A stretch of 64,000 nt of DNA. Origin: an uncultured bacterium (GTDB taxonomy: Bacteria; Krumholzibacteriota; Krumholzibacteriia; JACNKJ01). Below are positions 18,901 to 26,895 of the stretch, piece after piece. Both the position numbers and the translations under genes were made by a program. The stretch lies in contig CAVOFT010000001.1 of the NCBI GenBank assembly GCA_963695095.1, positions 2,336,001 to 2,400,000 of the forward strand, read 5' to 3'. Below the pieces are notes generated by a model, which did no database searches, was not told the origin of the DNA, and worked only from the letters and a program-made list of their open reading frames with translations. The stretch's first letter is position 1, and each line of letters begins with the position of its first letter.

Positions 18901-19644
18901 GATGATCACGTACTCGAAGCCCGCCTCGCGCGATTGCCCCGGGGGGCTCGCCGGCAGCTCGGGCAGCCGATCGGCGTTGAGGAGCGCGTTGCGGACCAGG
19001 GGATCCCAGTAGCGGCTGCGCAGGCGATCGTCGCCGAAGACGCCGCGGCCGCCCGCGAACTCGACCTCGACGCGCAGGTCGCGGTAGATGCGCAGCTCGC
19101 GCGTCACCGGGTTGTACTGGAAGGGGGTGATCGCGACGAGCACGGCGTCCACGCCGCGCAGCTGGCGCACCGCGGAGACCTCGGCGATCTCGGCCGGGTA
19201 GAAGGCATCCGTGCCGTAGATCGCGGCGTCGCGCTCGTAGCTCAGGCCGGACTCGGTTTCCAGGGGAATGCGCGGCGCCGGCGCGATCTCGACACCCGCG
19301 AGCGTCTCCACCCGCGAGGCCAGGATCCGCAGCCGCGGCAGGGCGCCCTCGGGCAGGGCCAGGAAGCGGCTCACTCCGGGCAGGTTCGGTGCGCCCGCGG
19401 CGTTGGGCAGGAAGGTGCCGGGCATGCTGGGCAGCAGCTGAGCGCGGCCCTCGACCTCGACGCTCTCCAGCGACCAGGCCTGGAGCGAGAAGACGATCTC
19501 GGCCCCATCGTCCCCCGAGCGGGCGAGCGTGAGCCCGGCCGCGCCCCAGGCGTCGTCGTAGTGGAATTCCTGCGCAGACAGTGGAGCGGCTGCACCAAGC
19601 AGTGCAGCCACCGCCAGAAGCTGGATCCTCAGCAGTGACCTCAT
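15948..19644 (-). CDS. Secreted C25 (gingipain-like) cysteine peptidase with propeptide, Ig-like domains and FlgD/T9SS-like CTD; several frameshifts (about 17920-18850)
   Basis: Propeptide PFQYNPVTRELR, SDNIYAD, catalytic HRDHG and INCLTG across frames; C-terminal NHPNPFNP...ASGVYLYRL...KMLLVK. Confidence 0.85.
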
Positions 19645-19796
19645 CGTATCCTCCCTCGGTTGCGCTCTATTCTCCCCTACCGCCGGGGCCTTGTCGTCCA
19701 GCAGTCTAGCATTATCGGATGAATGTATCCAGATCTACTGCCAAGGGTACCGGGGGCCGGCCAGGCCGGAGCTAGGGATCGAGCGACCTGCTCCCT

Positions 19797-19878
19797 GCAA
19801 CGACGAAGGGCCTACCGCAGGGCAGGCCCTCCTCAGCCCTCGGACTCAGGCTCGCCGCAGGAGGATCTCTACCCTAAC
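19797..19878 (-). repeat. Degenerate copy of the tRNA-Arg 3' end plus terminator (att-like remnant)
   Basis: gcaacgacgaagggcctaccgcagggcaggccct-15 nt-tcaggctcgccgcaggagg versus gcaacacgaagggcctgccagctggcaggccct-17 nt-tcaggtacgcccaggagg at 22418-22485. Confidence 0.6.
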
Positions 19879-19960
19879 GGGCTCGATCCGTTGGGGGCTA
19901 GGGCCAAGACGCGGGATCTGGCAGCGAGGAGCCGTGTCGATCGCCGCAGCAGCAGGACCG

Positions 19961-22111
19961 CTACTTCAGTAGCGTCGTCTTGCCTACTGCTGAACGCCCA
20001 CCTGCGGTGACTTCGCAGAGGTACACCCCGCTTGGCAGCAGCTGGCCCGAGTCAGCGCGGCCGTCCCAAGCTAGGCGAACCACACCCGCAGGCCTGGCGG
20101 CATCGTCAAGAAGCGTCCGCACATGCCGGCCAGCGAAGTCGAAGATCCGCAGCGTCGCTTTCGAGGCGGCCGGCAAGGTGAAGGAGATCTCGGTTGAGGG
20201 ATTGAAGGGGTTGGGATGAGCGTGCAGGCGCAGCGTAGCGGCTGCCCCAGGCGCATCCAGAACAGCGGTCGGCGCACATTGCACGGGAAGCACCAGCAAT
20301 CCGAGATCGGCATCCACCATAAAGGCGAATTCGCTCGTAGCGAAGACATCCCTCGCGAAGGAGGGAGCATCGAAGTCTCCAAGCAGCTGCGGATCGTGCG
20401 GATCAGCGATACTAACCACCTGAAGCCCGTTCTCGTTGTTCGTCGCGTACAGAGTGCTGTTCTGCACGAACACGTCCCCAGTGGAGCCCGGCGCATGCAC
20501 ACAGCCGATGATCTCCGGCTGAGCTGGATTGGCGATGTCGAGGATCTGAACCCCAGCTTCGCTGTCCGCCACATACAGGTAGCTTCCTGCGACTGCAAGC
20601 TCGACCGCGGTACCCGGCGTATGGACAATTGCCACGGCCTGCGGGCTGGCGGGGACGCTGATATCGACAACCATCACGCCCAACAGCATGGCAACATACG
20701 CATGCCCGCCGGAAACCGCGACACCGAAGGCCCAATCGGGCGTGCCGATCGCGCCAATAATCTGCGGACTAGCGGGCAGAGACACATCAATGATCTGTAG
20801 TCCCGCGGACTTGTCCGCGACGAAGGCAAGGCAGCCTTCAACCGCCACATCGATCGCGTAATGCGGCGTATTGACGCTGCCAACGACAAACGGCGCACTA
20901 GGATCGGACACGTCTACTACCTTGAGCCCGGCGATGCCATCTGCGAGGCAGACATACCCCTGCAGAAGGTCGATGGAACAGGCAGTACCGGATGTGTCGA
21001 GACTGCCGAGGAGTTGCGGCACATAGGGATCGCCGACGCTGACGACGTGCAATCCGGCAGATCCATCCGCGATGAAGGCGACGGTGCCCGTGACCATCAC
21101 TCCCTGTGCGAGGCCGGGCGTATCCACATTGCTCAGGACCTGCGGACTGGAGGAATGTGTCGCATCGGCGATGAACATCCCTCCCACTCCATCGGCAACG
21201 TGAACGAACTCCCCTGCCACTGCGACGGCATGAGCATCCGCAGAGTCAATGCTACCTACCAGCTGTGGATTGAGGGGGTCCGTGACATCAGCTACAAGCA
21301 GACCCGCGAATTCGCAGGCAAGATAGGCAAAGTCGCCTCGAATCGTGACATCATAGGCGAAGCGGGGTGTGTCGACGAACCCGACTCCTCGAGGACTGGC
21401 TGGATCGAGAACGTCGACAATCCAGAGTCCGGAATAGCCATCGGCAACGAACGCGTATCGCCCAACCACGTCGATCCCCATGTTCCGACTTGGAGCAGCG
21501 ATACTGCCAATCAACTGAGGAGTCGATGGATCCGAAATGTCGATGACAAAGAGGCCAGCCGTATCCGCAACGTACGCAAGGGTGCCGATGACGGCCACGT
21601 CATTGGCGTACAAGGGCGAATCGTAGCTTCCGGCGATCTGCGGTTCTGCGGGATTCGATAGGTCGACGATCTGGAGCCCCGAATGCCCGTCCGCGACGTA
21701 GGCGAAGGACCCCGCGACTGCGATTCGCTGAGCAGTACCGGGGGTGTCCAGGCTCCCGATCACCTTGGGGGCGAGAGGATCGCCAATGTCGACGAGCAGC
21801 AGGCCTGCGGGGCCATCCGCGATCACCGCAAGGCCGGAGTGGATCGTCACGCCATACGCGGTGCCGGGTGTTGCAAAGGAACCTAGGATCTCTGGCGCGG
21901 ATGGATCTGAGACATCCACCAAGACCAAGCCAGCTTCAGTATCCGCGAGGCAAGCGAGTCCGTCGGAGATCGCGATGCCGTACACCTCTCCAATGGCCTC
22001 GCAGGCACCCCTCCATTGCAGGTAGTCACTGTAGTCGATGCATTCCGCTCTCGCCATCGGAACGAGGGCGAGAGCCGCAATTGCGAACGCCAGGAAGCGC
22101 TTAGGTATCAT
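19961..22111 (-). CDS. Secreted LVIVD-repeat beta-propeller protein with FlgD/T9SS-like CTD
   Basis: Repeats of AYVADG..GLQIVDxSxP..P..IGS.DTPG; signal peptide; HPNPFNP...WDGRADSG...SGVY; codon usage visibly less GC-rich than the flanks. Confidence 0.9.
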   Translation of the reverse strand: MIPKRFLAFAIAALALVPMARAECIDYSDYLQWRGACEAIGEVYGIAISDGLACLADTEAGLVLVDVSDPSAPEILGSFATPGTAYGVTIHSGLAVIADGPAGLLLVDIGDPLAPKVIGSLDTPGTAQRIAVAGSFAYVADGHSGLQIVDLSNPAEPQIAGSYDSPLYANDVAVIGTLAYVADTAGLFVIDISDPSTPQLIGSIAAPSRNMGIDVVGRYAFVADGYSGLWIVDVLDPASPRGVGFVDTPRFAYDVTIRGDFAYLACEFAGLLVADVTDPLNPQLVGSIDSADAHAVAVAGEFVHVADGVGGMFIADATHSSSPQVLSNVDTPGLAQGVMVTGTVAFIADGSAGLHVVSVGDPYVPQLLGSLDTSGTACSIDLLQGYVCLADGIAGLKVVDVSDPSAPFVVGSVNTPHYAIDVAVEGCLAFVADKSAGLQIIDVSLPASPQIIGAIGTPDWAFGVAVSGGHAYVAMLLGVMVVDISVPASPQAVAIVHTPGTAVELAVAGSYLYVADSEAGVQILDIANPAQPEIIGCVHAPGSTGDVFVQNSTLYATNNENGLQVVSIADPHDPQLLGDFDAPSFARDVFATSEFAFMVDADLGLLVLPVQCAPTAVLDAPGAAATLRLHAHPNPFNPSTEISFTLPAASKATLRIFDFAGRHVRTLLDDAARPAGVVRLAWDGRADSGQLLPSGVYLCEVTAGGRSAVGKTTLLK

Positions 22112-22424
22112 CTCTGCCTCCCCACCAGTGTGCCGTCACCCACTCCTGGCGCTACCCCCGCAGAGGCCCAAGTCCCTGGACGCGCAAGCAGGTGGCAAAC
22201 GCGGCCGCCGAGCACCAATCCTCCCAGTCCTGGCGATTATAGCACTGGACTGCTGGGGCCGCTACCGCGTCCTGGGGGTAGCGCGTCGCACCGGATGGAT
22301 CCTGGCGAGGGGATGAGTGCATGGCGGCATGGCTGCCTCCTGCAGGAGATGGAGCGCTGCAACTGCGAGCCCCACTTCGGCCGGCCCTAGGATGAAATCG
22401 CACAGACGCTCTCAGCAGCAACAC

Positions 22425-22457
22425 GAAGGGCCTGCCAGCTGGCAGGCCCTTTTCTTT
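22425..22457. terminator. Terminator hairpin downstream of the tRNA cluster
   Basis: Palindrome AAGGGCCTGCCAGCTGGCAGGCCCTT with T-rich flank. Confidence 0.75.
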
Positions 22458-22472
22458 GTTCATCTGATCAGG

Positions 22473-22546
22473 TACGCCCAGGAGGGCTCGAACCTCCAAC
22501 CTTCTGATCCGTAGTCAGATACTCTATCCAATTGAGCTATGGGCGC
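22473..22546 (-). tRNA. tRNA-Arg(ACG)
   Basis: GCGCCCATAGCTCAATTGGATAGAG...CT-ACG-GA...GGTTCGAGCCC...TGGGCGTA cloverleaf. Confidence 0.95.
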
Positions 22547-22550
22547 AGGG

Positions 22551-22641
22551 CGGAGAGGCAGGGATTCGAACCCTGGGTGAGCCTTTAAAGCCCACACTCG
22601 CTTAGCAGGCGAGCACCTTCGGCCAACTCGGTCACCTCTCC
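22551..22641 (-). tRNA. tRNA-Ser(GCT)
   Basis: GGAGAGG...CT-GCT-AA, long variable arm, GGTTCGAATCC...CCTCTCCG. Confidence 0.95.
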
Positions 22642-22651
22642 CAGCGACAGG

Positions 22652-22733
22652 CGGAGGACGAGGGACTCGAACCCCCAAGGGCAAGCTCCGGCGGTTTTCA
22701 AGACCGCTGCCTTACCAGTTAGGCTAGTCCTCC
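22652..22733 (-). tRNA. tRNA-Ser(TGA)
   Basis: GGAGGAC...GCGGT-CT-TGA-AA-ACCGC, variable arm, GGTTCGAGTCC...GTCCTCCG. Confidence 0.93.
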
Positions 22734-22751
22734 CTGCGCTCGCGCGCACGC

Positions 22752-22780
22752 AGGATAGCCCTTCCAGAGCCGGGGCGCAA
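22752..22780 (-). promoter_or_regulatory. Promoter of the tRNA cluster
   Basis: TTGCGC-17 bp-TATCCT followed by a GC-rich discriminator. Confidence 0.6.
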
Positions 22781-22784
22781 TATA

Positions 22785-23735
22785 TCAGCGGCGGCGGAAC
22801 CTGTCAATCCACCCCCGGTTAAGCCACTCGTTCTGCTCCAGTTCCCCCGCCGGCACCGCCGGCGCCCCCTCCTCGGGTTCGCCCCGGCGCCCACCCCGCA
22901 AGCGCCGCCAGGCGGCCGCCAGGAAGATCAGGGCCATCAGGAAGAAGAGCGGCGCGGTGCCGAAGAGCAGTCCCCAGCGCCGGAAGCCGGGCATGACGTC
23001 CCCGTCGAAGCGGGCGCTGAAGGCCGCCAGCGACTCGCCGCGGCTGCGCTGCAGCGACTCGGAAAACGGCACCCCTCCCTCGAGCAGCTCGAGGAGGTAT
23101 CCCCAGCTCGCGCTCTCGCGCGCCAGCACCTGCACGGCCGCCTGCGCCTGGGCGTAGGCCAGCTGCGCCCGCGCGCCGCCGGCCGGGAAGCCGTACTCCA
23201 GCTCGCGCAGGGGAATGGCGCTGCCCGTCCAGGCCGCGCGGCCCAGGCGCCAGAGCGCCTCCATGTCCCACTCGCCCGCCCGCAGCTGTGCGTAGCCCTC
23301 GTGGAACCAGCGCGGCACGGCGCCCTGCCCCACCCGCCGATCCAGCAGCACGTGGGCCAGCTCGTGGCGCAGCAGGGCGGCCGCCTGGCCGAGGTCGCGC
23401 ATGTAGGTCTTGTCGAGGAGGATGGTCCGCCCCGGCTCGAGGATGAGACCCGCCGCCCACTCGGGGCTGCGCCCGCCCGCCAGTTCGGCGAAGCGCGCGC
23501 CGTCCGGCGCGAGCACGATGCGGATCGGCGAGGCATCGGCCGGCCGCTCGGCCGCCGGCAGCGCGGCCAGGAAGGCCTCCGTCAGCCGCTGGATCTCCGC
23601 GGCGAGCGCCGCGTCCGCGGCCTCGCTCTCCATTTCCACGGCCGGCAGCGGTGGCAGGGCCGCGGCCAGCGGGCGCGCCGCCAGTCCGCACAGGGCGAGC
23701 AGAACCAGGGTAACCGGGATCCACACCGGCTTCAT
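22785..23735 (-). CDS. Peptidase MA-like (gluzincin) protein with signal peptide and C-terminal TM
   Basis: LRHELAHV...VPRWFHEGYA; start MKPVWIP at 23735. Confidence 0.75.
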   Translation of the reverse strand: MKPVWIPVTLVLLALCGLAARPLAAALPPLPAVEMESEAADAALAAEIQRLTEAFLAALPAAERPADASPIRIVLAPDGARFAELAGGRSPEWAAGLILEPGRTILLDKTYMRDLGQAAALLRHELAHVLLDRRVGQGAVPRWFHEGYAQLRAGEWDMEALWRLGRAAWTGSAIPLRELEYGFPAGGARAQLAYAQAQAAVQVLARESASWGYLLELLEGGVPFSESLQRSRGESLAAFSARFDGDVMPGFRRWGLLFGTAPLFFLMALIFLAAAWRRLRGGRRGEPEEGAPAVPAGELEQNEWLNRGWIDRFRRR

Positions 23736-23843
23736 GGAATCCTCACAAGGCACTGCCTCCAGGCGAGATGGCGCTACGGCCTCGCCGCGCGCTCGTGCTA
23801 CAATGAAGGTCGAGCCGCCCCCCGGCGAAAGGAAAATCCTCCC

Positions 23844-25073
23844 ATGCGACGCACCCTCGCGGCGGCTCTGGCCGTCTTTGCCCTGCTCGGCCCCGCCGAG
23901 GCTGCCCTCGCCGGCCGTCTCCGCCTCATGAGCTACAACCTGCTCAACTACCCGGGCAGCACGGGCGCGACTCGCGCTCCCCACTTCCAGACCCTCGTGG
24001 CCGCGACCGCCCCGGACCTGCTCGTCGTCCAGGAAATGCTCGGCCAGGCCGGCGTGGATCAGTTCCTCACGCAGGTGCTCGAGCCGCTGGAGCCCGGCCT
24101 CTGGAGCGCGGCGCCCTTCCACGACGGCACCGACACCGATCGCGCCCTCTTCCTGCGCACGGCCTGCGCGGAGGTCATCGCCTACGGCTGGCTGGACACC
24201 GACCTGCGCGACATCGACTGGTGGGACCTGCGCCTCGCCGAGGCGGGTGACACCCTGCGCCTCTACAGCCTCCACCTCAAGGCCAGCCAGGGCAGCACCG
24301 AGGAGCAGCGCCGCTACGCGGAGTGCCTCGTGCTGCGCGCGGATCTCGATGCGCTGCCCCCCGGCCGCGCGGCGCTCGTCTGCGGCGACTTCAATCTCTA
24401 CACCGCGAGCGAGCCGGCCTGGCAGCTCCTGCGCAGCGAAGGCGCGGGCCAGCTCTTCGATCCCCTCGGCGAGGAGGGGCCCTGGCACGACAGCCCCAGC
24501 TTCGCTCCCGTGCACAGCCAGAGCACGCGCACCACGAGCTTCGGCGGCGGCGCCACGGGCGGCCTCGACGACCGCTTCGACTTCGTCCTGCCCGGTGCCG
24601 CCCTCCTGGACGGACTCGGCCTGGAGCTGGATCCCGCCAGCTACTTCGCCCTGGGCAACGACGGCGCCCACCTGAACGTGTCCATCGTCACCGGCGCGAA
24701 CAGCGCGGTCAGCCCCGAGGTCGCCGAGGCCCTGCACCAGGCCAGCGACCACCTGCCCCTGCTCGTCGAGCTGGCCTGGATGGACGACACCGCGGTCGCC
24801 ACGCTGCCGGCGGCGCCCCGGCTCGACGCCTGGCCCAATCCCTTCAATCCGGCCACGCGCCTCGCCTTCAGCCTGCCCACTGCCGGCCGCGCGCGCCTGG
24901 AGGTCTTCGACACCCGCGGCCGCCGCGTCGCCCGCCTGCTGGACGAGGACGCGCCGGCCGGGCCGCTCGCCCTCGACTGGCGCCCGACCCAGCTGCCGGC
25001 CGGTCTCTACCTGGCGGCCCTGCGCCTGGACGGCGCCCTCCTCGCCCGCACGAAGCTGGTCTTGCTGAAGTAG
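23844..25073 (+). CDS. Secreted endonuclease/exonuclease/phosphatase (DNase I-like) with T9SS-like CTD
   Basis: MSYNLLNY, DLLVVQE, HLKA, GDFN, DRFDF, SDHLP; WPNPFNP...AGLYLA...KLVLLK. Confidence 0.88.
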   Translation: MRRTLAAALAVFALLGPAEAALAGRLRLMSYNLLNYPGSTGATRAPHFQTLVAATAPDLLVVQEMLGQAGVDQFLTQVLEPLEPGLWSAAPFHDGTDTDRALFLRTACAEVIAYGWLDTDLRDIDWWDLRLAEAGDTLRLYSLHLKASQGSTEEQRRYAECLVLRADLDALPPGRAALVCGDFNLYTASEPAWQLLRSEGAGQLFDPLGEEGPWHDSPSFAPVHSQSTRTTSFGGGATGGLDDRFDFVLPGAALLDGLGLELDPASYFALGNDGAHLNVSIVTGANSAVSPEVAEALHQASDHLPLLVELAWMDDTAVATLPAAPRLDAWPNPFNPATRLAFSLPTAGRARLEVFDTRGRRVARLLDEDAPAGPLALDWRPTQLPAGLYLAALRLDGALLARTKLVLLK

Positions 25074-25107
25074 GCTCGCCGCCGGGCGCTGCGGCCGCGG
25101 CGAGGGC

Positions 25108-26202
25108 TCAGTCCGCCCGGGCGATCACCCCGTGGCCGACCACGCGCTGGCCGGAATAGAGCACGAGGCTCTGGCCCGGCGCCGCCGCCCGCGCCGCCTC
25201 GGCCAGGTCGACGCGGAGCGCGCCGGCCTCCCAGCCCCAGCTCGCAACGGCCTGCGCCGGCCCCCGGTAGCGGATGCGCGCCGTGAGCGCGGGCGGCCCC
25301 GGCGCCGCGCCCGCTTCACCGAGCGCAGGGTGCACCCAGGCCTCGCTGCAGAGGAGCCGCGTGGCGGCCAGCGCCTCGGCGTCGCCCACCACCACCTCGC
25401 CCGTGGCCGCGTCCACGCGCGTCACGTAGACGGGCCTCCCTGCAGCCAAGCCCAGACCATGTCGCTGGCCCACGGTGTAGAGGGCCGCGCCCGCGTGCTC
25501 GCCGAGCAGCTTTCCCGCCTCATCCCGCAGGGGGCCGGGCCGGAGCAGCTCCCGCTCGCCGAGGTAGTCGCGCAGCTTGCGGCCGCCGAGAAAGCAGATG
25601 TCCTGGCTCTCGCGCTTCTCGGCCACGTGCAGGCCATGGCGCCGCGCAGCGGCGCGCGTCTCGGCCTTCGTCAGGTCCCCCAGCGGAAAGAGCAGCCAGG
25701 GGTAGAGGGCCGGATCCATGGCCGCGAGGAAGTAGCTCTGGTCCTTCTCGGCATCGGCGGCGCGCGCCAGGAAGCGCTGGCCGCCGGCCGCCTCCAGGCG
25801 GGCGTAGTGGCCCGTGGCCACCGCGTCGAAGCCGCTCGCAGCCGCCTCCTCGACGAAGCGCGGAAAGCGCACCTGCGAGTTGCAGCGCAGGCAGGGATTC
25901 GGCGTGCGCCCGGCCACGTAGTCGCTCTCGAAGCGCTCGATGACCTCGCTGCGAAAGCGCGCGGTCTCGTCGACCACGCGGTGGCCGATGCCGAGCTTGT
26001 CGCAGACGGCGCGCGCGTCGGCCACGGCGTCCACCGAGCAGCAGGAGCGGCCCGGCAGCTCGTCCGTCTCGGCGAAGCAGAAGTTCTTGGTGGTGGCCCC
26101 TTCGACGAGGGCGCCCTGCTCGATGAGCAGGGCGGCGGCTGCCGAGGAGTCGACGCCGCCGCTCATCGCCACGAGCACGCGGCGGCCGGCCAGGGGCATC
26201 AT
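25108..26202 (-). CDS. mnmA: tRNA-specific 2-thiouridylase
   Basis: AMSGGVDS, TPNPCLRCN, ATGHYA, KDQSYFL, ESQDICF, YTVGQRHGLG, PGQ. Confidence 0.95.
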   Translation of the reverse strand: MMPLAGRRVLVAMSGGVDSSAAAALLIEQGALVEGATTKNFCFAETDELPGRSCCSVDAVADARAVCDKLGIGHRVVDETARFRSEVIERFESDYVAGRTPNPCLRCNSQVRFPRFVEEAAASGFDAVATGHYARLEAAGGQRFLARAADAEKDQSYFLAAMDPALYPWLLFPLGDLTKAETRAAARRHGLHVAEKRESQDICFLGGRKLRDYLGERELLRPGPLRDEAGKLLGEHAGAALYTVGQRHGLGLAAGRPVYVTRVDAATGEVVVGDAEALAATRLLCSEAWVHPALGEAGAAPGPPALTARIRYRGPAQAVASWGWEAGALRVDLAEAARAAAPGQSLVLYSGQRVVGHGVIARAD

Positions 26203-26483
26203 CGGATCACGTAGCCGCGCGCGCGGGCCAACTCCTCCTTGGCCTTCTCGAGCAGCGTCTCCCACTCGTTGCTGCCGTGCTCGATCTTGCGCGAGTAGCT
26301 CTCCAGGCGCGCGACAGCCGCCTCGTTGATCTCTTCCTCGATCTCGAGGTCCTGCGTGATCCAGATCTCCAGCTGGTCGAGGAAGGCCCGCTCGGTGAGG
26401 GTGATGTCCACCAGCTCCTCGTCGAGCAGGCGGTCGGCCAGGCGGCCGGCGATCACCTCGATGCGCTCCTCGCTCAGCCTCAC
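26199..26483 (-). CDS. DUF507-family protein
   Basis: VRLSEERIEVIA...EEEINEAA...KEELARARGYVIR; GTGA overlap with upstream paralog. Confidence 0.75.
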   Translation of the reverse strand: MRLSEERIEVIAGRLADRLLDEELVDITLTERAFLDQLEIWITQDLEIEEEINEAAVARLESYSRKIEHGSNEWETLLEKAKEELARARGYVIR

Positions 26484-26761
26484 AGCGTGTACCCCCGCTT
26501 GCGGGCCAGCTCTTGCTTCAGCTTGCGGCGGAGCAGCATCTGGTCCAGGTCCTGATGGGCGATCTGCCGCTCGTACTGGTCGAGCAGGGTGCTCACCTCG
26601 TCGTCGATCTCGTCCTCGATGCGCAACTCCTCGGTGATCTCCCAGGCGATGATGCGCTCCAGCTCGTCGGGCTCGATGTTGAAGGCCACGCCCTCGTGCT
26701 CGCGCATCAGGCGGAGCAGCTTCTCGGCCAGGTAGTCGATCTTGTGCGGGCTCAGGCGCAT
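26480..26761 (-). CDS. DUF507-family protein
   Basis: MRLSPHKIDYLA...EDEIDDEV...KLKQELARKRGYTL. Confidence 0.8.
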   Translation of the reverse strand: MRLSPHKIDYLAEKLLRLMREHEGVAFNIEPDELERIIAWEITEELRIEDEIDDEVSTLLDQYERQIAHQDLDQMLLRRKLKQELARKRGYTL

Positions 26762-26895
26762 GGGTCTCCTCGGATAGACCGGAATCTAGACGAGCTTGCC
26801 GCCGCTGTAAAGCCCTGCCGGCCGGCGGCCCCCTGTGCCCGCTTCTTGCAATCTCTCCAGGCGCGGGCCCCGGCCGGGGAGCCCCGGGAGGTCGC

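Noticed and set aside
15948..19644. C25 protein as the T9SS sortase PorU
   Set aside because: Propeptide, catalytic domain, Ig-like domains and CTD fit a gingipain-like cargo; it is not adjacent to porV and I see no PorU-specific evidence.
20300..22000. Periodic sequence as a CRISPR-like or DNA repeat array
   Set aside because: The periodicity is at protein level (LVIVD repeats) with diverged DNA; no identical repeats with unique spacers and no cas genes.
22652..22733. tRNA with TGA read as a selenocysteine or suppressor tRNA
   Set aside because: The anticodon is UGA (reads UCA, Ser), not UCA; the acceptor stem is a normal 7 bp.
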